Shown piece by piece: positions 10,357 through 19,252 of a stretch of DNA of 64,000 bases. Source of the DNA: an uncultured Chloroflexia bacterium (GTDB lineage Bacteria; Chloroflexota; Limnocylindria; Limnocylindrales; CSP1-4); assembly GCA_963746845.1 (NCBI GenBank), contig CAVVCZ010000008.1:1-64000 (forward strand), read 5' to 3'. The position numbers were made by a program, and so were the translations under genes. Under the pieces are notes generated by a model. The model ran no database searches. It was not told the origin of the DNA and was given only the letters and a program-made list of their open reading frames with translations. Within the stretch, counting starts at the first letter, position 1. The number at the start of each line of letters is the position of its first letter.

Positions 10357-10460
10357 GGGTTCACGGGTACCAGCGCCCGCACCGCACCGCCGCGGACGTC
10401 AGCCGACCGGTTCCCTCTGCCCCGTGCCGCACCGGACCGACCACCGGTCCGGGCGCGGGT

Positions 10461-11813
10461 TCAGCCCCCGAGCACCTCGGTGAAAGCCCGGTACGACGGC
10501 TCGATCGGGCCGGCGAGGCCATCGCCGCCCGCTCCCTCGTCGCCCAGGGCGAACCGGCGCGCGTCCGGCGTCTTCACGCCGTTGCCGGACAGGATCGCGA
10601 CGACCTCGTCGCCGTCCCGGATGACCCCGCGAGCCCGGGCCGCCGCAACCGCGGCGACGGTCACGCCGCCGGCGGTCTCGACGAAGATGCCCTCGTTCGC
10701 AGCCGTCCGGCGGATGGCATCGGCCGTGGCCGCGTCCGGGATCCCCTCGATGGAGCCGCCGGTCCGGCGCGCGAGGTCCAGCGCCTCGCCTCCGTCAGCG
10801 GGCGAGCCGATCGCGAGCGAGCGGACGATCGTGTCCGGTGCCCGGACGGGGCGGATCTCGTCGACGCCCTCGGCGAAGGCCGTCGCGACCGGGGCGCAGC
10901 CGGCCGGCTGGCCGCCGACGAACCGGACGGTCTTCCGCTCCACCAGCCCGATGTCGGCGAGCTCCTCGAAGCCCTTCGCGATCTTCGTGAACATCGAGCC
11001 CGAGGCGATCGGCCCGACGAGGACATCCGGCAGGCGCCAGCCGAGCTGCTCGGCGACCTCGTAGGCAATGGTCTTGCTGCCCTCGGCGTAGAACGGCCGC
11101 AGGTTCACGTTGACGAACGCCCAGCCCTCCTCGTCGGCGATCTCGAGGCTCAGGCGATTGACCTCGTCGTAGGTGCCGTTCACCCGGACGACGGTGGCGC
11201 CGTAGCCCAGGGCGTGCTCGACCTTGGCCGGCTCGAGATCCGCCGGGACGAAGACGAAGGCGCGCAGGCCCGCAGCCGCCGCGGCCGCCGCCGTCGCTCC
11301 GGCGAGGTTGCCGGTCGAGGCGCAGGCGAGGGTGTCGAACCCGAACTCCACGGCGCGAGCCGTCGCGACGGCCACGACCCGGTCCTTGAAGCTGAGCGTC
11401 GGGTTGCGCGTGTCGTCCTTGAGATGGAGCGTCGTGCCGGTCCCGAGGTCCAGGTCGCGGGCAAGACGCGGGGAGCGGACGAGGGCTGTCGAGCCGACCG
11501 CGAGACCGCGCTCCGGGGCATGCTCGACCGGGAGCAGCTCGAGGTAGCGCCAGATCCCGGGAGCCCGGGCGGCGATCGCCTCGTGGCTCAGGGCCGAGCG
11601 GGCCACGTCGTAGTCGTACACGACCTCGAGCGGCCCGAAGCACGCCGGACACACGAAGGCCGGACCGATGGCCTCGAGATGCCCGCAGGCGCGACAGCGC
11701 AGGCCCTGGACATGGGAGCGACCCGACGTCGGGAGCTCGGGCGACGCGCCGGCGCCGTCCGGGGTCGCGGGGCGGGCGGGGGTTTCGAGGGTCATGCCGA
11801 TCGTCATCTCCAT
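10461..11813 (-). CDS. thrC: Threonine synthase-like PLP enzyme with N-terminal Zn ribbon (start may be 11795)
   Basis: CRACG..CPAC, GIWRY.ELLP, NPTLSFKDR (PLP Lys), CASTGNLA, NVNLRPFYAEGSKT. Confidence 0.88.
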   Translation of the reverse strand: MEMTIGMTLETPARPATPDGAGASPELPTSGRSHVQGLRCRACGHLEAIGPAFVCPACFGPLEVVYDYDVARSALSHEAIAARAPGIWRYLELLPVEHAPERGLAVGSTALVRSPRLARDLDLGTGTTLHLKDDTRNPTLSFKDRVVAVATARAVEFGFDTLACASTGNLAGATAAAAAAAGLRAFVFVPADLEPAKVEHALGYGATVVRVNGTYDEVNRLSLEIADEEGWAFVNVNLRPFYAEGSKTIAYEVAEQLGWRLPDVLVGPIASGSMFTKIAKGFEELADIGLVERKTVRFVGGQPAGCAPVATAFAEGVDEIRPVRAPDTIVRSLAIGSPADGGEALDLARRTGGSIEGIPDAATADAIRRTAANEGIFVETAGGVTVAAVAAARARGVIRDGDEVVAILSGNGVKTPDARRFALGDEGAGGDGLAGPIEPSYRAFTEVLGG

Positions 11814-11848
11814 TGCGGAGGTCGTCCGACCGGCCCGGGAAATCGAGA

Positions 11849-11870
11849 GACCCTTCCCGGAGGAAGGGCC
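11849..11870 (-). terminator. Expression-platform hairpin downstream of the SAM-I aptamer
   Basis: GGCCCTTCC-TCCG-GGAAGGGTC followed by TCTCGATTT on -; weak U tract. Confidence 0.5.
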
Positions 11871-11880
11871 TGGGAAGGAT

Positions 11881-11987
11881 CCCTTATCTCGCAGGAGGAC
11901 CTGCCCGGATTTGGCACCGTGCCGGCATTCCTGCCGGTCGGTTGTCGGGCTTCACAGGGCCGGTCCCTCCACCACTCTTGATAAGAG
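11881..11987 (-). ncRNA. SAM-I (S-box) riboswitch
   Basis: Minus strand CTCTTATCAAGAG-TGGTGGAGGGACCGGCCCTGTGAAGCCCGACAACC...CGGTGCCAAATCC...GAGATAAGGG matches the S-box consensus. Confidence 0.95.
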
Positions 11988-12004
11988 TCTTCAGTTGTGC
12001 CCGG

Positions 12005-12034
12005 ATCGTAGACCGCCCGGGGCGCGGCGGTCAA
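12005..12034 (-). promoter_or_regulatory. Sigma70-type promoter of the riboswitch-thrC transcript
   Basis: TTGACC-18 nt-TACGAT on - immediately upstream of the aptamer. Confidence 0.6.
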
Positions 12035-12054
12035 TGACGAGCGCATCGTGCGGA

Positions 12055-12855
12055 TCACCGGAGCGCCCCCTCCAGCGCGACCCGGGCATCCGTGCCGGGA
12101 TCGCGATCCTTGACGATCAGCGGCGTCGAGATCGACAGGCCGAGGGTCCGTGCCCACTCCCCGGGGAGTGGCCGCGTGCCCGGGACGACGATCGCGCCGG
12201 GTGGGATGACCAGCGGCCGGTCCGGCGTGCCCGTCAGCTCGACCTCGCGGACCAGGTCGAAGACGCGGGACGTGCCGGTCAGCACGACGCCTGCCCCGAT
12301 CACCGCCCCGTGCCGGACGAGGACGCCGTCGAGAAGCCGGGAGCCGGCACCGACGAAGACGTCGTCCTCGACGATCACGGGCCGCGCCCCGGGCGGCTCG
12401 AGGACGCCGCCGATCGTGACGCCGGCCGCGAGATGGACCCGCTCCCCGATCTGTGCGCACGAACCGACGAGGACATGCGAGTCGACCATCGTCCCGGCGC
12501 CGATCCACGCCCCGACGTTGACGTAGGACGGCGGCATCACGACCACCCCGGGTTCGAGGTGCGCCCCGGCACGGATCGCCGTCCCGCCGGGCACGATCCG
12601 CCGATCGGCGCCCGGATCGATCGGCGGGAAGGCGGCCCGGTCGTGGAACACGAGCGGGCCCACCTGCCAGGTCGCGGTGGTCCGGTCGGTGAACGCAGAG
12701 AGGATCGCCCCCTTGACCTCCGGCCGCACGCGCCAGCCGTCCGGTGCGGACGCGTCGGGCTCGGCCGCGCGGAGCGTTCCTGCGGTGAGATCGACGAGGC
12801 CCCGTCCAGGGTCCGGGGCCGTCTCGGCAGGGCCCGGCGCCAGCGTCGCGGTCAT
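12055..12855 (-). CDS. dapD: 2,3,4,5-tetrahydropyridine-2,6-dicarboxylate N-succinyltransferase
   Basis: RIVPGGTAIRAGAHL..GVVVMPPSYVNVGA...GTMVDSH.LVGSCAQIG..VHL.AGV.IGGVLEP; ATGA overlap with dapA. Confidence 0.9.
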   Translation of the reverse strand: MTATLAPGPAETAPDPGRGLVDLTAGTLRAAEPDASAPDGWRVRPEVKGAILSAFTDRTTATWQVGPLVFHDRAAFPPIDPGADRRIVPGGTAIRAGAHLEPGVVVMPPSYVNVGAWIGAGTMVDSHVLVGSCAQIGERVHLAAGVTIGGVLEPPGARPVIVEDDVFVGAGSRLLDGVLVRHGAVIGAGVVLTGTSRVFDLVREVELTGTPDRPLVIPPGAIVVPGTRPLPGEWARTLGLSISTPLIVKDRDPGTDARVALEGALR

Positions 12856-13832
12856 GCCGACACCTCGTCGAGCGCACGAATCCGGCCGCCCGCCGCCTCG
12901 GCCAGCCCGAGACCACGCAGCGTCACGAGCAGGTCCGCCCGGGCCGCCGGCGCCAGAGGCAGCAGCGGGAGCCGGACGGTGTCGACATCCAGCAGGCCCA
13001 TCAGGGCGAGCGCCGCCTTGACCGGCACCGGGTTCGGACCGCCCGCGAAGTTGTCGAGGAACAGCGGCAGCCACCGATCGTGGATCTGGCGCGCCCCATC
13101 CCAGTCGCCGGCCGCCGCCGCCGCGCACAGCGCGACCAGCTCACCCGGCACCTCGTTGCTCGCCACCGAGACGACGCCGTCGCCGCCCAGTGCCAGGATC
13201 GGCAACGTCCAGGCGTCGTCGCCGGCAAGGACGGCCACGTCGCGCGGGCGATTGCGACAGATCCGGGCGATCTGTTCGAGGTTCCCGCTCGCCTCCTTGA
13301 TCGCCACGACCCGCGGATGCTCCGCGAGGCGGAGGAAGACGTCGACCGGCACGTTCGTGCCGGTTCGCGATGGGACGTTGTAGACGACGATCGGGAGGTC
13401 GCCGTCGTCGGCGATCGCCCGGAAGTGCGCCTCCAGCATCCGGCCGTCCGGCCGGTTGTAGTAGGGCGCGACGACGAGCGCGGCGTCCGCGCCGAGATCG
13501 GCCGCCCGGCGGGTGGCCGCGATCGTGGCCGCGGTGTCGTTCGTGCCCGTGCCGGCGATCACGGGCACGCGTCCGCGCGACGCCCGCTCGGCCACGGTCT
13601 CGACCGTGAGCGCGATCACGCGCTCACGCTCGACGGGCGTGAGGGTCGGGGCCTCGCCCGTGGTGCCGACCGGGACGAGGCCGTCGATCCCGGCGAGGAC
13701 CTGCCAGCGGACGAGCCGGCGAAGGGCGTCCTCGTCCACCGAGCCGTCGGCGGCGAACGGGGTGACGAGCGCGGTGAACGCGCCGCGGAGCGCGGGCCGA
13801 GGCCCGTGGCTCGTGCGATCGAGGGGAAGCAT
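12852..13832 (-). CDS. dapA: 4-hydroxy-tetrahydrodipicolinate synthase
   Basis: ALVTPF, GTTGEA, PYYNRP, YNVPSRTG, IKEASG, LAGDD, NPVPVK. Confidence 0.95.
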   Translation of the reverse strand: MLPLDRTSHGPRPALRGAFTALVTPFAADGSVDEDALRRLVRWQVLAGIDGLVPVGTTGEAPTLTPVERERVIALTVETVAERASRGRVPVIAGTGTNDTAATIAATRRAADLGADAALVVAPYYNRPDGRMLEAHFRAIADDGDLPIVVYNVPSRTGTNVPVDVFLRLAEHPRVVAIKEASGNLEQIARICRNRPRDVAVLAGDDAWTLPILALGGDGVVSVASNEVPGELVALCAAAAAGDWDGARQIHDRWLPLFLDNFAGGPNPVPVKAALALMGLLDVDTVRLPLLPLAPAARADLLVTLRGLGLAEAAGGRIRALDEVSA

Positions 13833-13870
13833 CGAAGTCTCCGTTTCGTGGGATGGGTGAGTGGGTCGGG

Positions 13871-14626
13871 TCAGGCGGCCGGCCGGGCCGGACGATCGAA
13901 CGCGGCCTCGGCTGTCGTGGTTCGGGCGGCGACGAGGCGGTCGTCGATCACCCGATCGAAGGCATGGATGCCGGGGGCCGGATCCGTGGTCCGGAGCCAG
14001 TCGATGGCAGTGAGTGCGCCCGCCGCGTAGGCGGATCGATCGCGCGCCGTCAGACGCAGCTCCACGGTCTCGCCGGCGGCATCGAGAGCGACGGTGTGGT
14101 GTCCGGGCATCGCCCCGGACCGGACCACCGCCACCTCGTCGACGTCGATCGACAGGTGCGGCGCGATCCGTCGGACAAGCTCCCGCGCGGTGCCGGACGG
14201 GCGGTCGGCCTTCGCCCGGCGATGCCACTCGACGACCGCCGGCTCGAACCCGCCGAGCGCGGCCGCCAGCTCCGATGCCTCCTCGACGAGACGCAGGAAG
14301 AGGGCCGCGCCCGGCGACAGGTTCGGCGCCACGACAGCGGCCGCGCCGGCGCCGAGGAGCCGGTCCGCCACGATCGGCCGGGCGGCCTCCCAGCCGGTCG
14401 TCGCGATCAGGAACCGGCGACAGCCCGCCTCCAGACCGGCGACGAGGTTGCCCGGCACGGCCCGCGCCCGCGAAGCGTCGACGACGACGTCGGCGCCGTC
14501 GAGCGCCCGCGGGTCGTGCCGGCCGTCGAGCGGATGGCCGAGGACCGTCGCGCCATCGCCGCGGGCCCGGAGCGCCGCGGCGATCGCCAGCCCGAGCGGG
14601 CCGTCCCCCAGGATGATCGTGGACAT
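13871..14626 (-). CDS. dapB: 4-hydroxy-tetrahydrodipicolinate reductase
   Basis: G.G.LG, ATTGW, APNLS.G, EWHRRAKADRPSGTA, R...A.GA; SD GAGGAGG. Confidence 0.88.
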   Translation of the reverse strand: MSTIILGDGPLGLAIAAALRARGDGATVLGHPLDGRHDPRALDGADVVVDASRARAVPGNLVAGLEAGCRRFLIATTGWEAARPIVADRLLGAGAAAVVAPNLSPGAALFLRLVEEASELAAALGGFEPAVVEWHRRAKADRPSGTARELVRRIAPHLSIDVDEVAVVRSGAMPGHHTVALDAAGETVELRLTARDRSAYAAGALTAIDWLRTTDPAPGIHAFDRVIDDRLVAARTTTAEAAFDRPARPAA

Positions 14627-14692
14627 CGGTGGTGCCTCCTCGTCGTTCCGAGGAGCCACCGGGTGGATGGGAGGCCGATCGTCCGCCGGACG

Positions 14693-14731
14693 AATCGAAA
14701 GGCCGCGGTCACCGGCTGGGTGTCCGCGGCC
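14693..14731 (-). terminator. Attenuator terminator hairpin upstream of dapB
   Basis: GGCCGCGGACACC-CAGCC-GGTGACCGCGGCC followed by TTTCGATT on -. Confidence 0.65.
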
Positions 14732-14782
14732 CCTGGAGCCTCCGCGCCCGGAGGCTCCTGTCGGTCGTTCGCTCGCGCGCCG

Positions 14783-14863
14783 TCAGAGCCCCAGGGCCCG
14801 TGCCTCCCGGCAGGGCCGCCAGAGCTTCTTCTTGGCCTCGTCGGTCAGGAAGGTGCGGCGCAT
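14783..14863 (-). CDS. Putative lysine-sensing leader peptide MRRTFLTDEAKKKLWRPCREARALGL
   Basis: 26-codon uORF with AAG AAG AAG (14825-14833) upstream of dapB-dapA-dapD, followed by alternative hairpins. Confidence 0.62.
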   Translation of the reverse strand: MRRTFLTDEAKKKLWRPCREARALGL

Positions 14864-15014
14864 ATGCATACCTTGCATCGGGAATGGAAATCTTGCAAGC
14901 GGCCCGGCGGTTGCGGTTCGGTACCGAACCCGGGCCTCCCTGGTCGAAGCGACGCGCCGAATCCGGTAGACTCCCGTGGCCCTCGCCCGGCCGCGGCCGA
15001 CGCGCATGGTGCAT

Positions 15015-15091
15015 GGTGGCCTTAGCTCAATCGGCAGAGCACTGGATTGTGGCTCCAGAGGTCACGGGTTCGAACCCCGTAGGCCACCCCA
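15015..15091 (+). tRNA. tRNA-His (GUG)
   Basis: G-1, acceptor stem GTGGCCT/AGGCCAC, anticodon arm CTGGA-TTGTGGC-TCCAG, GGTTCGAACCC T-arm, encoded CCA. Confidence 0.97.
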
Positions 15092-15226
15092 ACGACCTCG
15101 TTGGCAGGACGTGGTGCGAACAGTGGTGCGCGCGTTGACCGGATTCACCACGGACGGCTTGCGATTCGACCTGACGTCGGGCATTGTGCGTCGCCTCGGG
15201 GTACCGTGGAGGAACAGCGTGGTTTG

Positions 15227-16207
15227 GTGCCCGTGAGACGACTGCTTGGGGTCTCGCTCGTTGTCGCATGCCTCGTCGCGGCGTGCGGATCGAACGCGAC
15301 CGGACCCACCCCGTCGAGCGTCGTCCTGGCCGCGACCGGCCGGCCGGTCGATCCCTCGATCGGGTCGTGCATGGCCGCCGTGTCGAGCCTCGCCGCGTTC
15401 ACGGAACGGCTGGGCAAGGACCTCGCCGCCGTTCGCACGCCCCTCAAGACAACCCCGTTCGACTCGGCCGCGACGGCCGCCGCGAGCTTCCACGTGTCCG
15501 CCACGATCACGGCCTACAAGAGCGGCGAGATCGAGGCGGTCCTGCAGGGATGTCCGGCCACCGCCGTCCTCGCGCCGCGGGTCAAGAAGCTGATCGACAC
15601 CGCGGATACGGCCCTCGAACAGGCTCGCGTCGCCAGTATCAACAACCCGGCGACCCAGAAGGCCGCGGCCACCAGCCTCGTCAACTTGCTCCCGGAGGTC
15701 CAGAAGCTCGCGACCAGGAACAACGAGATCGTCGCAGCGCTCGACCTCACGTCCGGCGTCGCGGCCGGCAGCTCGGCGTCGCCCGGCGCCGCCGCGGACT
15801 GGACGACGGCCGCCAATGCCTACCTCGAGGACACGTACGCCACCTACGGGGCGGCCCGGTCCGCCGCCCAGGAGCTGGCCGGGCTGGATCCCACCGCGTC
15901 GGGGGTCACACCGGACGAGCTGGCCGCGCGCCAGGTCGCCGCCGCAACGGCCTGGACGACGGCCGGTCAGGCGCTGACCCGGCATCTCGCGACGATGGAC
16001 GCCAACGTGGCGCGGCCGTGCTACACCGACGCCTACAGCGCGGACCGAAAGCTCGCCGCACAGTGGCAGAAGCTGCTCGGCGCAGGGACCGTGCCGGCGG
16101 TCGACACCGAGCTCGGCCGGACGGTGATCCTGCAGGCGAACCAGGCCATGACGCAGACGACGGCGTTCCTCACGGGCATGGGCGCGTACTTCGCCGGCTG
16201 TCGCTGA
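15227..16207 (+). CDS. Hypothetical alpha-helical lipoprotein
   Basis: Lipobox VAAC, SD GGAGGA, Ala-rich helical sequence. Confidence 0.65.
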   Translation: MPVRRLLGVSLVVACLVAACGSNATGPTPSSVVLAATGRPVDPSIGSCMAAVSSLAAFTERLGKDLAAVRTPLKTTPFDSAATAAASFHVSATITAYKSGEIEAVLQGCPATAVLAPRVKKLIDTADTALEQARVASINNPATQKAAATSLVNLLPEVQKLATRNNEIVAALDLTSGVAAGSSASPGAAADWTTAANAYLEDTYATYGAARSAAQELAGLDPTASGVTPDELAARQVAAATAWTTAGQALTRHLATMDANVARPCYTDAYSADRKLAAQWQKLLGAGTVPAVDTELGRTVILQANQAMTQTTAFLTGMGAYFAGCR

Positions 16208-16348
16208 GCGCGTCCACCGCGGACGGATCAGCCCGGCGACCCCCCGCCCCACGGAAACCACTGACCGGCCATCCGACGAACCCGGGACTAGACTTGCCCG
16301 ACGGCGGCGACCTCCGCCCTTCGCTGGCCGAACCATCGGTTCCGGCCG

Positions 16349-16381
16349 TCTCAGGCGCCTCTCAGCGACGCCGGGGATGCT
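16349..16381 (+). promoter_or_regulatory. OmpR/MprA-type direct-repeat box plus -10
   Basis: TCTCAG-GCGCC-TCTCAG-N10-GATGCT. Confidence 0.6.
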
Positions 16382-16421
16382 CGAGGGTGAGGCCCCGTCG
16401 ACGGGGTGACCAACGCTTCCC

Positions 16422-17324
16422 GTGGCGATCCACACGGAGACCCGCCCTCGGATGACCGGCCAGATGGCCCCGCAGGCGCAGCCGGATCCTCGGCCATCGT
16501 CGAGGCGGACCGATCGCGCGCGGGCGGGCGCGCGCCGGGCGACGCCATTCATCGCCGGGGTCATCGCGACCTTCCTCGCCCTCGTCGTCTACGGGATCCT
16601 CAATCCGCCGCCTGCACCGCTCACCACCGCCGATGTCAACCAGGCCGTGGCCAGCGTGCTCGCCTCCCAGACGCCCGGTCCGCCCCGCTCGGAGCTCGTC
16701 TACGCGGCCGTCCAGCCGTCGATCGTGCTCATCGAGACCGACATCGCGGGGACCGGCTCCGGCGGCCCGGGCGCGTCCGGCTCGCCGGACACGGCCCTCG
16801 GCACCGGCGTCCTGGTCAACGACGCGGGCGCCATCCTGACCGCGCTCCACGTCGTCGCGGACGCCTCGTCGATCAAGCTGACGTTCCCGGACGGCTCCAC
16901 GGCGCACGCGACGGTCGTCAGCCGCCAGCCCGATTCGGACATCGCCGTCCTCCAGCCGGACAGCCTGCCACCGACGGCCGTGCCGGCGACGCTCGGCAAC
17001 CCGGCGGCGATGCACATCGGGAGCGAGGCCTACATCGTCGGGAACCCGTTCGGGCTGTACGGCTCGCTGAGCGCGGGCGTGGTGTCCGGGCTCGACCGGA
17101 CATTCCAGCTCCCGAACAGCACCACGGTCATCAAGGGCCTGATCCAGGTCGACGCCGCGGTCAACCCGGGGAACTCCGGCGGTCCGCTCGTCGACCGCGA
17201 CGGACGGGTCGTCGGGATCGTGACCGCGCTCGTCAACCCCACCAAGCAGGACGTCTTCATCGGGATCGGCCTCGCCGTCCCGATCGATGTCGCAGGCGGC
17301 GCCGCCGGCCTGCCCGCGTACTGA
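16422..17324 (+). CDS. Membrane-anchored trypsin-like (HtrA/S1C) serine protease lacking PDZ
   Basis: TM anchor, ILTALHVV, SDIAVL, GNPFGL, IQVDAAVNPGNSGGPL. Confidence 0.9.
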   Translation: MAIHTETRPRMTGQMAPQAQPDPRPSSRRTDRARAGARRATPFIAGVIATFLALVVYGILNPPPAPLTTADVNQAVASVLASQTPGPPRSELVYAAVQPSIVLIETDIAGTGSGGPGASGSPDTALGTGVLVNDAGAILTALHVVADASSIKLTFPDGSTAHATVVSRQPDSDIAVLQPDSLPPTAVPATLGNPAAMHIGSEAYIVGNPFGLYGSLSAGVVSGLDRTFQLPNSTTVIKGLIQVDAAVNPGNSGGPLVDRDGRVVGIVTALVNPTKQDVFIGIGLAVPIDVAGGAAGLPAY

Positions 17325-17358
17325 GCCGCATCGACCCACCCAGGAGGAGGTGATCCCG

Positions 17359-18369
17359 TTGGAGCCCGAAACGACCACCCGCGCCGCCGCCCCGATGGAG
17401 CGGCTGCTCTACGAGGTGAAGAAGATCATCGTCGGCCAGGACCACCTGCTCGAGCGGATGGCGGTCGCCCTGCTGGCCCGCGGCCATCTCCTCGTCGAGG
17501 GCGTTCCCGGACTCGCGAAGACGATGGCGATCAAGTCGCTGGCGGAGTCGATCGGCGGCGACTTCAAGCGGATCCAGTTCACCCCGGATCTCGTGCCGGC
17601 GGACCTCGTCGGGACCCGGATCTACAACCAGAAGACCGGCGAGTTCACGACGTCGCTCGGGCCGGTGTTCACGAACCTGCTCCTCGCGGACGAGATCAAC
17701 CGCGCCCCGGCGAAGGTCCAGTCCGCCCTCCTCGAGGTGATGCAGGAGCGGCAGGTCACGATCGCCCACGAATCCCACCCGGTCCCAAATCCGTTCCTCG
17801 TCCTCGCGACGCAGAACCCGATCGAGACGGAGGGCACCTACGCGCTGCCCGAGGCCCAGGTCGACCGGTTCATGCTCAAGGTCCTCGTCGGCTACCCGAG
17901 CCCGGTCGAGGAGTTCGCGATCGTCGAGCGGATGACCGGCCGGCTCGACAAGATCCAGCGCGTCCTGACGACCGACGAGCTCGTGAAGCTGCAGGAGACG
18001 GTCGACGCGGTCTACGTCGACCCGGCGCTCGTGGAGTATTCGGTGCGGCTGACGAACGCCACCCGGTACCCGCAGCTTCACGGCATGGCCGAGCTCGAGC
18101 GGTACATCACCTACGGCGCCAGCCCGCGGGCCTCGATCAACCTGATCCTCACCGCCCGGGCGCTCGCCTACGTCCGCGGTCGCGAGTACGTCCTTCCCCA
18201 GGACGTCATCGACATGGCCCACGACGTGATGCGTCACCGGCTGGTCCTCTCGTTCGAGGCCCTGTCGGACAACGTCTCGTCGGACCAGCTGCTGTCGTCG
18301 ATCGTGAGCCGGATCCCCGTCCCCGTCGTCCCGCTCCAGGACCATCATGGCGTCCGCGTCGGCGCCTGA
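17359..18369 (+). CDS. MoxR-family AAA+ ATPase
   Basis: EGVPGLAKT, RIQFTPDLVPADL, LADEINRAPAKVQSALLE, ATQNPIE.EGTY.LPEAQ.DRF. Confidence 0.95.
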   Translation: MEPETTTRAAAPMERLLYEVKKIIVGQDHLLERMAVALLARGHLLVEGVPGLAKTMAIKSLAESIGGDFKRIQFTPDLVPADLVGTRIYNQKTGEFTTSLGPVFTNLLLADEINRAPAKVQSALLEVMQERQVTIAHESHPVPNPFLVLATQNPIETEGTYALPEAQVDRFMLKVLVGYPSPVEEFAIVERMTGRLDKIQRVLTTDELVKLQETVDAVYVDPALVEYSVRLTNATRYPQLHGMAELERYITYGASPRASINLILTARALAYVRGREYVLPQDVIDMAHDVMRHRLVLSFEALSDNVSSDQLLSSIVSRIPVPVVPLQDHHGVRVGA

Positions 18370-19252
18370 GCGCATCCTCCAGCGGCTCGACTGGCAGGTC
18401 GTCCGCCGGCTGGACGGGCTGCTCCAGGGCGACTATCGGAGCCTGTTCCACGGCTCCGGCCTGGACTTCGCCGCCCTGCGCGAATACCAGTTCGGCGACG
18501 ACGTCCGGGCGATCGACTGGAACGTCACCGCGCGGATGACGGTCCCGTACGTCCGCGAGTACCACGAGGACCGTGACATCACGGCGTGGTTCCTGCTCGA
18601 CCTCAGCCCGTCGGTCGACTTCGGGACCGTCGGCGAGGATCGCGAGAAGCGGACCGTCCTCGTCGACTTCGTCGCGACGCTCGCGCGACTCCTCACCCGG
18701 CGCGGGAACCGGGTCGGGGCGATGATCGCGGGCGGCGAGCGGGAGCTGACCATCCCGGCGGGCGGCGGCCGCGCCCAGGTCCTGCGGCTGATCGAGGACC
18801 TGACGCGCCAGCCCCGACTCCAGGCCGCGCCGTTCACGGACCTCGGCCCGCTCCTCGAGAACGCCCACCGGCGGATCAAGCGCCGCTCGCTCGTGATCCT
18901 GATCTCGGACTTCATCGGCGTGCCCGGCTGGGACCGGTCGCTCGAGCTGCTCAACCGCCGGCACGAGCTCCTCGCGGTCCGGCTGATCGACCCCCGCGAG
19001 ATCGACCTGCCGGACGTCGGGCCGGTCCTGATGGAGGACGCGGAGACCGGCGAGCAGCTCTACGTCGACACGGCCGACGCGGCCTTCCGGAAGCGGTTCC
19101 GCGCGGCCGCCGACCAGCGCGAGGCCGCGGTCGCGGCCGCGTTCCGGCGATCCGGCGTCGAGGCTGTGACGCTGTCGACCGACGACGACCTCGTCCGCGC
19201 GATCGTCCGCATGGCGATGGAGCGACGGCTCCGGAGGCGGAAGCCGGCGTGA
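18347..19252 (+). CDS. DUF58 domain protein
   Basis: G.DF..LREYQ.GDDVR.IDWNVTAR, DLSPSVDFG, LISDF. Confidence 0.92.
   Translation: MASASAPERILQRLDWQVVRRLDGLLQGDYRSLFHGSGLDFAALREYQFGDDVRAIDWNVTARMTVPYVREYHEDRDITAWFLLDLSPSVDFGTVGEDREKRTVLVDFVATLARLLTRRGNRVGAMIAGGERELTIPAGGGRAQVLRLIEDLTRQPRLQAAPFTDLGPLLENAHRRIKRRSLVILISDFIGVPGWDRSLELLNRRHELLAVRLIDPREIDLPDVGPVLMEDAETGEQLYVDTADAAFRKRFRAAADQREAAVAAAFRRSGVEAVTLSTDDDLVRAIVRMAMERRLRRRKPA

Noticed and set aside
14700-14880. Lysine (L-box) riboswitch or T-box upstream of dapB
   Set aside because: No L-box (AGAGG.GC...GAAAGG...GCCGAA) or T-box (AAGGTGGTACC-like) consensus on the sense strand; the uORF attenuator explains the region better
15111-15130. 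GTGGTGCG direct repeat (12-bp period) downstream of tRNA-His
   Set aside because: Only two short GC-rich copies with no second site in the window; cannot be distinguished from chance
15015-16300. Genomic island integrated at tRNA-His
   Set aside because: No integrase, no duplicated tRNA 3' end seen, and no compositional shift downstream
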